From assembly GCA_032718475.1 (NCBI GenBank), contig JAUCBJ010005674.1:1-56173 (forward strand): a stretch of 56,173 nt of DNA. Direction: 5' to 3'. This document shows positions 35,506 to 45,904 of this stretch, piece by piece. The DNA is from Nemertoderma westbladi. Lineage: Eukaryota; Animalia; Xenacoelomorpha. The notes beneath the pieces were generated by a model. It had not been told where the DNA came from. It ran no database searches and was given only the letters and a program-made list of their open reading frames with translations. Position 1 is the first letter of the stretch. Each line of letters begins with the position of its first letter. A program made the translations under genes and the position numbers.

Positions 35506-38500
35506 ATGACTGTTAGACAGTGTCTTAAAAAGATCAGTGACCCAGATCCCAGTATAGAACATCCTAGATCCAAGTCTAAGTCACCTACTATTGTAAGAAA
35601 GGCCATCCCTACCGTAGTAGTGTCAGACCCTAGACTAGTAGAACACCGTAGGTCTATCATCGGCACTCGGGCCCAAGTCAAGCGGGATCAAGAAGCAGCT
35701 GTCAAACAGCAGCAACATCCTAGCCAAGAACCTAGTTCTCAGCGGCCCGATAGCTCCAGTAGTTCGGATACTGTTGAGCGGACGCCCGAACGCGGAGCGA
35801 AGATGGCGGATACGGTTTATGATGAGCGGCCAACCTATGAAGAATCAACCGACGCCACTTCTTCTCAAGAGGAAAGCGAAGGGACAGCAGAGAAGCCGCG
35901 AACTAGAGACGCTATTGACATCTATCTGTCAGACTATCAGAGATTCCTAGGAGACGAGGAGTTGAGAAGAAGGCTGGCTGGACTTTCCCCTAATAGTGAA
36001 GGAACCAAGCATGTGTTGGACGCAATTGATACTGAAATGTTAGCTGCAAATCAAGCTAAATTTGATGAACAACTCCGCATCACTAGAGCCCAGGAAGAAC
36101 AAGTCCAGAAAAGACGAATAGAGGACAAAAAGGCCACAGCAATAGCAGCGGCAATGGCAACAGCAGAAGCGGACAGAAAAGCAGCAGAAGCCAAAGCAAC
36201 GGCCGAAGCAGACAGAAGGGCGGCCGAAGCAGACAGAAGAGCGGCAGAAGCAGCAGCCGAAGCAGACAGAAAAGCGGCAGTAGCAGCGGCAGCGGCCGAA
36301 GCAGAAAGAAAAGCGGCGGATGCATTGGCAGAAGCAGAAAGGAGAGCGTCTGACGAGATTGCTCAGCTAGCGTTGGAAAATATTCAGGAAAGTCAAGATA
36401 GTATAAATAAACGGTTAACGGATAGTAGAATGCAGATGATGAGTCGATCTACTTCCAAACGCCAAGGTTATACATCATCGGAGGAAGGAGACACCACCGA
36501 CCCTGAAGGCGGAGGAAATAGATCTCGTCTGAGTAGGCATAAAAGAACGTCTCCCCGTCACAAATTGCCTGATTTACCTCCAGCTGTTAGAAGACAACTA
36601 GCTAGCACAGCCGTAGCGAGTACAGAACACACAGACCGGATTGTTACTGTAAGTAGACTCCCTACTATAACAGATGAGCCTGAAATAATTAGGCCTGTTC
36701 TCGAAGCCACCACTTCGGTGCTAGAGACACCTGTATTCCAGGGAGCAACCTCTAAATTCCCTTTACACAGCACGAAACTATCAGTGCCTAGTAGAACAGC
36801 CCCTGAAATGGTTCCTGTCATGGACTCCGAGCGTATGGATTGGTCGCCCGTAGTCCCTCGCCCGCCCGCCACAACGTTGGCGACTCCCGCTTCGGCGGTC
36901 GAGTGGGTGGAGGAGGGACGGAAGGGGATGAATGTCCTGCTCGGACAGATGCAGGAGACGGTCCACCAGTTCAAGGGAACTGTCAGGGAAAGTAGGTTAG
37001 AGCTACAAGAAGTGCAGCAAAGTATCGCGTTAGAACGCGATAAATTAGTAAATGTAAAAAGGGGCATACCAACACCCCCTGTAACAATGTGTCAACCTGT
37101 TAGGCCTGAAGTATTTCATGCGCAAGGTGTGGAGCCTACACGCATCTATACTGCTAGCGAAGTAGAAACTCCTATAGCAAACCCTATTAAGGGTGATTAT
37201 AAACCTGTTTGTAATGATATTCCCTATAGACCTGATAATAATCCGAGAAATTTATATACCGATAATTCGATATTAAATAACACGATGGCCCAAGAAAGCT
37301 TTACGCGTCAGATGGCTAGAACAGAAGCCCGCCAAGCGGTCAAAGTGGGAGAAATCGTCAAATTCAATGGAGATGAAATGAAATGGTTACCGTTTAATGA
37401 ATATTATGAAGATAGCATACAGAACTCTGTACTATCTAGCGGAGAGAAACTGAGATTCCTCATCAAATGTTTGGAAGGACCTCCCAAGTTAATGGCGTTG
37501 AAGTTTATTGGACATCCAAATGGATTAAGACAAGTTTGGGATACATTAAACACCAGGTATGGTAATAAGGATAACATAGCTAAGTATTTGTATGCAAAAT
37601 TAGTAGCTCCCCGAAAGTTCCTTAGTAACGAGATTATAGAGTTTTCCGATGAGATTCAAGAGATCTGCCGACAATTAGATTGGTTAGGTAAGTCTCATGA
37701 ATATCAGAGTTCTATGGTTATTGGAGCCATAGTCTCTACTTTACCAAAGGGTGGAGTATGTACTCGCTGGGACAAGAAAGTGTTGTATATGATGGAGCAA
37801 CAACGACGGAGCCCTACCATGGCTGATCTCATGTCATTCCTAGACGGTGAGGTCAAATTACAACTCATAAAGCAGTCCAGAGAGAAAACATCGGAAAATC
37901 AGGTAAGTGAGAAACCCGTTTCTAGGAGAAGAATAATACCCGTGTGTTATACAGACGAGGGCGAAAGCCAGACCTCACATGAGGAGGACAGCGGGAAAGA
38001 CACAGCAAGATCTTACTATGACCACAAAACCCCAAAAGACGTAAGTAAATACAAGTCTCGAACCAATGATAGGAGAGAACAGGTTGCCAAGACCCCTCCT
38101 CAGTCTCCCAACAGAATTCAGGTAAGAAAGCCCGAAGAACGAGCGAAAGTGCATAACATTACCCAAGGTAAAGTGAGTAACATCAAACCAAAATGTGCGC
38201 TGTGCGACGGGCCCCACCGTTTGAGTGCGTGTGCAGAATTCCTAAAGAAATCCCTGGCAGATAGACGTGGAGTCCTGTGGGATAAGCGGTTGTGTTATAA
38301 CTGTCTCAGACGCGGACACCAGCGGCGAACCTGTTACTCTGACGCAAGGTGTGCTAAGTGCGGCGCGAAACATCATAGCTTGTTGCACACGGAATTCGAA
38401 CGAAACAGCCCGAGTCAGGTAAGTGAGCCCAAATCACATGTCCAATTCAGTGATGTGAACGACACTGACCAAAGTTCTGAGTGGGAAGGATTCTATACGG

Positions 38501-38784
38501 ACGAATTCTCCGATGCCAACGAATCCTGTTATCTAATAAATACCGCAGTGTATCGAGCACTTACGTACGAAAAAGACACTGACACGGAGTTCCCCCCAAC
38601 CATCTTTGACAGACAACCATCTTGGAAAGCTCCAACCTCCCACGTAGGAATACGAGAATTTCCTGTGGTACAGGTAAGAGTTCACGGTCCTAATAAGAGT
38701 TACATAGTGAATGCCCTCCTTGACTCCGGCAGTACAGGAACATTCATCGACAAAGAACTAGCCGAGGACATCTTTGCTGGATAA
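35506..38784 (+). CDS. BEL/Pao Gag fused to the N-terminal part of the aspartic protease
   Basis: Ala/Glu coiled coil; KFNGDEMKWLPF...LSSGEKLRFLIKCLEG (DUF1759-like); three knuckles CALCDGPHRLSAC, CYNCLRRGHQRRTC, CAKCGAKHHSLLH; ALLDSGSTGTFI. Confidence 0.93.
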   Translation: MTVRQCLKKISDPDPSIEHPRSKSKSPTIVRKAIPTVVVSDPRLVEHRRSIIGTRAQVKRDQEAAVKQQQHPSQEPSSQRPDSSSSSDTVERTPERGAKMADTVYDERPTYEESTDATSSQEESEGTAEKPRTRDAIDIYLSDYQRFLGDEELRRRLAGLSPNSEGTKHVLDAIDTEMLAANQAKFDEQLRITRAQEEQVQKRRIEDKKATAIAAAMATAEADRKAAEAKATAEADRRAAEADRRAAEAAAEADRKAAVAAAAAEAERKAADALAEAERRASDEIAQLALENIQESQDSINKRLTDSRMQMMSRSTSKRQGYTSSEEGDTTDPEGGGNRSRLSRHKRTSPRHKLPDLPPAVRRQLASTAVASTEHTDRIVTVSRLPTITDEPEIIRPVLEATTSVLETPVFQGATSKFPLHSTKLSVPSRTAPEMVPVMDSERMDWSPVVPRPPATTLATPASAVEWVEEGRKGMNVLLGQMQETVHQFKGTVRESRLELQEVQQSIALERDKLVNVKRGIPTPPVTMCQPVRPEVFHAQGVEPTRIYTASEVETPIANPIKGDYKPVCNDIPYRPDNNPRNLYTDNSILNNTMAQESFTRQMARTEARQAVKVGEIVKFNGDEMKWLPFNEYYEDSIQNSVLSSGEKLRFLIKCLEGPPKLMALKFIGHPNGLRQVWDTLNTRYGNKDNIAKYLYAKLVAPRKFLSNEIIEFSDEIQEICRQLDWLGKSHEYQSSMVIGAIVSTLPKGGVCTRWDKKVLYMMEQQRRSPTMADLMSFLDGEVKLQLIKQSREKTSENQVSEKPVSRRRIIPVCYTDEGESQTSHEEDSGKDTARSYYDHKTPKDVSKYKSRTNDRREQVAKTPPQSPNRIQVRKPEERAKVHNITQGKVSNIKPKCALCDGPHRLSACAEFLKKSLADRRGVLWDKRLCYNCLRRGHQRRTCYSDARCAKCGAKHHSLLHTEFERNSPSQVSEPKSHVQFSDVNDTDQSSEWEGFYTDEFSDANESCYLINTAVYRALTYEKDTDTEFPPTIFDRQPSWKAPTSHVGIREFPVVQVRVHGPNKSYIVNALLDSGSTGTFIDKELAEDIFAG

Positions 38785-39627
38785 CCCAAATTCCGAACTA
38801 AGTTAAATATGTCCGGAATTATGCCAGTTTGGAAATCTACCATAACGGCAGATTACTATATAGGTGCGTTGTCCACCCCACAGGATAAATTAGGAGAACA
38901 AAGTATAAGGTCAGTAAAAATGGTGGCAATAAAGAACTTCGCTACTACCCAAGTAGAACCTTATAACTGGGACGAGGACGAGAGCATCCAACATCTTGAG
39001 ATACCTCGATTCCAAACCGATTATCCTGGAGTGCAAATCCTCATCGGCCAAAACGCGCATGAGGTGCTCGAGACATTGGAGAAACGGCCTGCTCAACCGC
39101 AGCCATTACAAACTTATGCGGTAAGAACTAGAGTAGGTTGGTACTTTACTGGCCCTTCCCGCAGAACTCTTGAAGAAAGATTGCCACAAGACCGGCTACT
39201 TCAAGTAAAGGATTGGGAAGAGGGGAGCAGTGAAGTGGACGAACCCACTGAGGGAACACCATACTCCTCAGATAATGACGATATTAACTCCAATGTAGAT
39301 CAATGGAGACATCGCCCCGAGATGATTAATCTAGCCGACATCACTTCCAGAGGAGCAACTCCTCAAGAACGGATAGATACTCCTGGCTGGTTAGGTGGAC
39401 CCGACTCCCTAAGTAAAGAAGAAGATGAATGGCCTCCTCATCTTACCACGGCGAAGATTAGACAGGCCAAGGGAGCGGAGGAAGTAACACGACAGCCTAA
39501 TCGCCCAGCTGGTCGCTTAGGTTTACTGGAAAGAGACCGAAAACTGTCCGGAAACCATGGAAGGCAAGATACTCTTCCTACTACCACTTCCCTAATTCGA
39601 CAAAGATCTAGGGACTCCATAACGTAA
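38785..39627 (+). pseudogene. In-frame pol remnant: protease C-terminal part joined to the RNase H tail; RT and integrase missing
   Basis: Same frame as Gag after a single TAA; VQILIGQN...AVRTRVGWYFTGP, then QWRHRPEMINLADITSRG...WLGGP..L.....WP (BEL WRHV..NPAD.SRG motif). Confidence 0.85.
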
Positions 39628-41247
39628 TTATATATGGAGTGGGTGTGTGACTATATTATTTTATATTTTTTTTTATTATTTTATATTTATGTATGGATTG
39701 TTATGTATTTTATTATAATCGTTTTATTTAATTTTATTTAGTAGAATGTTATTTTAGATTATTTAGTAGATTAGTGCAATATATTAGTGTTTATTACGTA
39801 ATTACATATAATATATCTAGTGCGACGGCGAGAAATAATTATTTTCTCTTTCCTTACTGTCCGTATTATATTATAAATGCGAGACTACAGTAAGATGACA
39901 TGTCCGTACTTATTAAAGTACAATAAAGCTCCTACTATATTTAAGTATTATTGGTAGGCAGAGTATTAGGAATGCAAAGTTCAGATCCTCGTGTCTCGGC
40001 TAAACCAAGCTCTGGGTAGACCTTGGAAACGACTTGCCTCTTCACACTGACATTGCTTCGTGCGATATTGCTCTTCTACCTTATATTAAATAATACATAT
40101 AGTAGCGTGATGTCCCTCTAACAGTAGTGTAAAACGCAAATAAATCTGTTACACCTTTGACCATCTGTAATTCTAGTCGATTAAGATATCGCGGCACCCA
40201 CCGATATACTTGAAAGACAAATTCTAGAATCAGTGGTTAACGTCCCCAGATAAGCTCTGGAATAAATCGGTGCCCATCTTAAATATTAATTTAATATTTA
40301 TTAAAATCTGTAAAATTCAGATCCTTTAAAAATTCTAGTCAATTAAGATATCGCAGCACTTACCGATGCTCTTAAAAGACAATTTTATAGAATTAAGGAT
40401 CCTAGGTCCCCTGACATGCTCTGGAATAAAATTGTGTCAATTTTACCATCAAATAATAAAATTCACGGGAATAAATTTGAATTTATATCTTTAAATGAAT
40501 TTAATAAATTGTCATTTTATGCAATTTATATCATTCCCAAAATTCCATTAATTAATAGATCACGGGAGCGGAGATTCACCCTATTGAGTGTGTTAGAGTG
40601 TGAGAATCTCCAACATATAGTCAATAGCCGATAAAATTTATAAAATCATGCATAAAGAGGATATTGACAATTAAAGAATTACTATTAAATGGCATCCCAG
40701 ATCTGTATGCATGAGAATTACCCTAATTCTACCGCTAGCTTTCCATAATGTCACCATGGCAACACCCACGCTAGAATTAAAAACGAGTTAAAAGAAAAAT
40801 AGAAAGCTTGTCCCATTGCCTAGTATAGAGATTACATAGCACACTGTTTAGTATCCAAGGATACGCAATAACAACGTGACATTCTGGAAGGCACTGACTA
40901 ACGGACAAATGGCCTTTATGCTTATAATTGGTGACAGTTGTGTGGAATTTGTGCGTTTGTAGGTGAATGTTGCTACTAAAGTGTGTTTACAGTAGCTAGT
41001 CGCAATCGTAAAGTAGACCTAACTCTGCCGTAAAACCTTAAGTGATTTCAAGACTTTGGGACGGACAGTGGAGTGACTTGTGCCGGTTATCGTTGTCGTG
41101 CTGTTGCTACTACGTTGGCGTAAACACCGCGACAACGGTGCATCGGCGCTGAGGATCCCACTGTCCGGGGGCAGAGAGGGATAGGCAGCGACGCCCACTC
41201 GCTTAAAGCTAAACTCATTATAATATTAATAAACTCATATAACAGAT

Positions 41248-41757
41248 ATGACGGAGTTGATAGAAGATGATCTTGGTATTAGAGAGAGATATACTCTACC
41301 TTTACAAGCGTTTGTGGATAGCTTGATACGCGGTGAAGCTGATCCAACTACTACGGAGGACGATGGTAGTTATATCGAACCGCCTATGTCCCAGGAGCAA
41401 CTTACGCGTGAATTGGACTATAGCAAATTCACCGCTCGCTATACGCATCGTAATGGTACGTATATGGACTTCTTAACTACCGGCCATTCTATCGATTTAC
41501 ACGATACGGACGATGTAGACACAAAAAGGGAAATGGTATTATTTAAATATCCTACCCAGCGGAGTTGTAACAATAAACTGAAATTCGAATGCGAAAATTC
41601 TATTCGAAATCGACTCGAAAGAAAGGACGTTCAAGAAGCTGATAAACGCGGTAACTCCAACGTATATTTAGAATTCTTGAAGAGAAGCATTGTAACACCA
41701 AATAAATATCACCCACGTTTCCCCTATAAGACGTGTGTCTTGGTATTATTACGATGA
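41248..41757 (+). CDS. Hypothetical 169-aa accessory protein in the BEL 3' region
   Basis: ATG-initiated hydrophilic ORF preceded by an acceptor-like ATAACAG (41239-41245); no family recognised. Confidence 0.45.
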   Translation: MTELIEDDLGIRERYTLPLQAFVDSLIRGEADPTTTEDDGSYIEPPMSQEQLTRELDYSKFTARYTHRNGTYMDFLTTGHSIDLHDTDDVDTKREMVLFKYPTQRSCNNKLKFECENSIRNRLERKDVQEADKRGNSNVYLEFLKRSIVTPNKYHPRFPYKTCVLVLLR

Positions 41758-42687
41758 ATGCCCAAGACCAATCAACAAACGGAAAGACATGAACACCAGT
41801 GGAGACGTTGCTTTGAACGCGGTTTGCTCGCTGTGTTTGCGGGAGTTTCGGGAGAAACTTGTTCGATGTGTTACCCACGCTCTCTCGACTCAGGCGATCC
41901 TTGAGTAGACCTATGATCTGAGTTCCGGAATGCTCGGTCAGACCTCCTCATTCCTTAGTTAGACCTCAGACTCTTGATCCTAACAGTATCACGGATTATC
42001 ACGAACTGTACTTACCGTTCAGAGATCCAGTGTTACCCGAACCGTTAGTCGGTGGCACTCAGGTTGTGGGCTCCCTAAATATCTGCCCATCTTACCTGGC
42101 CGGATTGGGGCACGGGCACCCGATATCGCCATTCAATCGTATAATCGGAATCGTTCCCGTTTAACACGATACCACCTGTCATCAAGGTGGAGGAGAGCGT
42201 TGTACGAAAAGAGATAGACGCTATTCTACAAAGATCAGAAAAGAAATCTACGTTTGCTCAGATAAACCTAAATTATAACAGCAAGTCCAAGCGGTAAACG
42301 GATTGGCTTTATCCCAGTTCGATGGGGAAATCCATAGTCTCTAAGACGATATTGAACTTGGACGACCCTATTCTCGGCGAGAGTTTTAGACGAACGTATC
42401 CAACGATGAGCGGAGGAAAATCAGCTCGAGGAGAAACATATTGAAACGGCGGATACCCCGACTATAATCCCACGCCTTCTGATGCAATCATATTGCACCC
42501 TTCACCCAGGAGTTATAGCCCTCCTTGTAAAGTGGCTCGCCCCAAAGAGAAAAAGACTCTTGCTAGCTTTAAAAAACTGCGTAAACGCCGTCTGCGCAAG
42601 AAAGACTAACTGTTTAGAGTATTCTCGTATTTTAGAAACTGTGATTTTGTATATTTTATAGACTTAAATCCCATTTTCTGGGAGCGG

Positions 42688-43878
42688 TGTAAAAGCTTTT
42701 GTGGGATAACTGATTCGTTTGCTTTGCTAACCAGTTCCCCCCAAGGCGCTGGAATACTCTAAAAGGGATCTCTAGCTCGAATGGTACAAGCTACCGGTTG
42801 ATTGGCTGATTTGCTGTGCTAAGGGATCTGGGCTATGTTCGATCGTCCAACCAGCTTAGGAAGGTTGCCCCATAGCCCTGCTTTCTGTATCTGCCAATAG
42901 GATTTGAGTTGGTTTTGAGTTTGACCTATCACAGATATACTGAACTGAATTTCCTATCTGTATGCTCATTCTCTGTGGTGGGTGAGATCTTTGTAGAATA
43001 AGGGTAGCTGGTATTCTTATAGTGATTCTTATTCAGTGTTCAGTGTTGATGATTCTAAGCCAGGAAGAACGGCTCTGGAATCACTTATTTTTATAACTTT
43101 ATAAGAAACATTAGTAGTCTTAGATTATAGAGCGTATAACTGTTATCAGTGCATATCTCACAACTTATCTCAATTCAGTCTTACATTATCGGTTCAACAT
43201 ATTATTATACTGCTATTTACTGTTGTTTGGTTGAATATTATTTGGAGAACACATATAAAGAACCCAAATTTCCCAATTTTCTTGATACACTACAGGTTAG
43301 AGAGACAGTTTACATACAACGATTGCGACTTACCTTATAGTGGTTTGTATTGAATATAATGCTATTTGGTAGCCACTACTTGAGTCAATTGCTATTCTCT
43401 TTATACGTGATCAAAGTCAGTGACTGTCGGCAAACCAGTGAGCAGTATTGTGCGGTACCGGTAGTGTGTATGATTGTGAGTGAGACTGATAACTAAGCAT
43501 CTCCTAAAGAATGCGTCTCATACGTGAATTCTAAGCCATATCGTTGTGTTTGGTGTAAGTCATAACTTTGTTTACATAGATAGAGCGCCACGTCCTAAAG
43601 GAACTGCTAATATTTCCCGAAAGTGAATAATATTTGCCAGAGATTATATATTAGTGATCAATCGAATAATACAAGTAGGCTTCACTGCAATAAATCTAAG
43701 CATACGAATCCAGTCTCCCGGGTGTAACCATCGGGTGAATGAACGCGCATAGGCTGGCTTCGGCTAATGTTGTGTTTATTTTGTATTAAATCTTGTTATC
43801 TTATAAAGTTAATTTACCAACTAAAGACATATAAATTTTGGCAGGTTAAACTGCTAAAGGTCTCCAAAAGCGCGTACA
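42688..43878 (+). repeat. 3' LTR
   Basis: Near-identical to 32167-33357. Confidence 0.96.
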
Positions 43879-43892
43879 CTTAATCTGTTCTA

Positions 43893-45900
43893 GGCTCATT
43901 CCATGAAAAGGTCAACCTCCCCACTAATTTCTAAAATTGAGATGTAGCTTTGAATTTATACTTATTTTAGGTCAAAATTTATCGTACTTCATGAATTCAG
44001 TGCTAAAAATTGTATCAACACAGGTGGTTTATCAAAGATAGTCGAATTACAAATTATGCACCTGCTCTGCACAAAATGTGAATAAAAGTGTGCAAAAGTT
44101 TCGTTTCCTGTAGGCACTTCCTATGACCAATAAATTAACATTTCTGAGCATGTACCAAATCAAAAACAAACCCGTTTTCGAATTTTTTTGGTTTTATTTA
44201 ATTTCACCAGTGTTTCATTCCTCTGTAATGAAATCGATAAAGTTAATCTTGTGATGTCCCATACTTTACCTCAAATAGTGAAATTTTTAGTTTATTCACA
44301 GAGATGTAACTCAGCCTAATCACCCAGTGGAATGCAAAGCACGTTTGTGTCATCGTATAAAACAATTAGTTTCATCTTCACTCCCTCAGAAATATCATGG
44401 CGGCCAATTGAAAATTGTCCCATACTTTACCATCAAAATGGCGATTATATTAGTGCACTGTATTAATGTAATATGTGAAGCCAGGAGTGTTATAATACTC
44501 TAAGGCCATAGTCGGCCGTAAGAATAGGAGTCTATATTTGAACTGAGAATCATTCCTCAGTCAAGAAATCTTTGGGTTTATGCATGTAAAGTCCCATACT
44601 TTACCAAAAAATAGTGAAATTTTTAATTTATACACAGAGAAATAGTCTAACTAAGCCCAATCACCCAGTGCAATGCAAAGCACGTTTGTGTTGCGTCATC
44701 TTAAGAAACAATTACCTGTAGTTTCATAATCTACTCCCTCAGAAACATCTTGATCACGGCCAATTGAAAATTGTCCCATACTTAACCATTATAATGGCGA
44801 TTACATTTTAGTGCACTGTATTAATGTAATATATGAAACCTGGAGGGCAGGAGTGTTAATGCTTTAGGGTGATAGTAGTGGGAAGCATAGAATTATGTAT
44901 TTGAACTAAGAATCATTCCTCAGTTAACTAATCTTTGAGTTTATGCATGTAAAGTCCCGTACTTTACAACAAATTTCAAAAAATTTAGTTTTTTAGCAGA
45001 TAAGAAGATCGGTACAGTAATTGATACATTTTCAGAAAAATGGAAAAAATTTCTAAACTTTTTACAGACTACATGTGTACCACGTTTGGTTATTTTTCAT
45101 CAATGATTGGCGGACTTATTTCGGATTTTATCAAAATTTTGAAACTATCGGTAACAACAGACAGACTGTCTGATATGTGACCTTTGATTCCTTAAACATC
45201 AGATTCTTTCCAAACTTTTGACAGACTTCATACGTACCAAGTTTGATTTAATTTCATCTAAAAATGACCGAGTTATACAGTATTAGCGATCAAAAATTAG
45301 ACAGATGACATACAACTCCTCAAGGGCACCCATATGCTAAGACTTCGGGTCAATTTGTGGGCCGCCCCATATTTTGTATCCATATCTTGGTTGGAAATAC
45401 TTAGTTGCACTTTATTATCACTAATTATCCAGAAATTACTGTTAGGTTAAGTGTAAGAGACCATTTTGACCATAAAATTCGTACAGGTCCCGTACTTTAC
45501 TTAGCAATGTCCCATACTTTACCACACAAACCACACTGTAAAAAATTAGCAATGCAGCAATTCGTCTTATATTTATATTTTTATTTAAGCTTAATAATAC
45601 AGCTTTATCCTAAACATCAACTCAACACCGTACCTGCGCACAATTCGCTAAATTTTAGAATTGAAATCATAAAATAAAAAAAACCATTTCGTACGAATCC
45701 GTACTTTACCTTAATTGGACAAGCTGGCGTTTTCTCAAAAGTGACTAAGTTCCGCCATAAGCTTCGCGAAATCAAAGCTGATATTCGAAAGTTTAATCCA
45801 AGCACAATTTTGTGCACATATGTGCTGTGGATAACATTGTACAGGCAATCAAAGTTCAAAATTGTGTAAGAATGTCCCGTACTTTACTTTGGAATGAGCC
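43893..45900. mobile_element. Non-autonomous TIR element with dispersed GTCCC(A/G)TACTTTAC motifs
   Basis: GGCTCATTCCA...TGGAATGAGCC flanked by TCTA (43889-43892, 45901-45904); empty-site equivalent at ~47596-47615; the motif recurs ~9 times; internal ~350-bp duplication. Confidence 0.78.
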
Positions 45901-45904
45901 TCTA

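Larger units (their letters stand above)
32167..43878 (+). mobile_element. BEL/Pao LTR retrotransposon, internally deleted (non-autonomous), recent insertion
   Basis: TG...CA LTRs of 1191 bp, 5-bp TSD CTTAA (32162-32166, 43879-43883), purine tract GGGAGCGG before the 3' LTR, BEL-type Gag. Confidence 0.95.
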
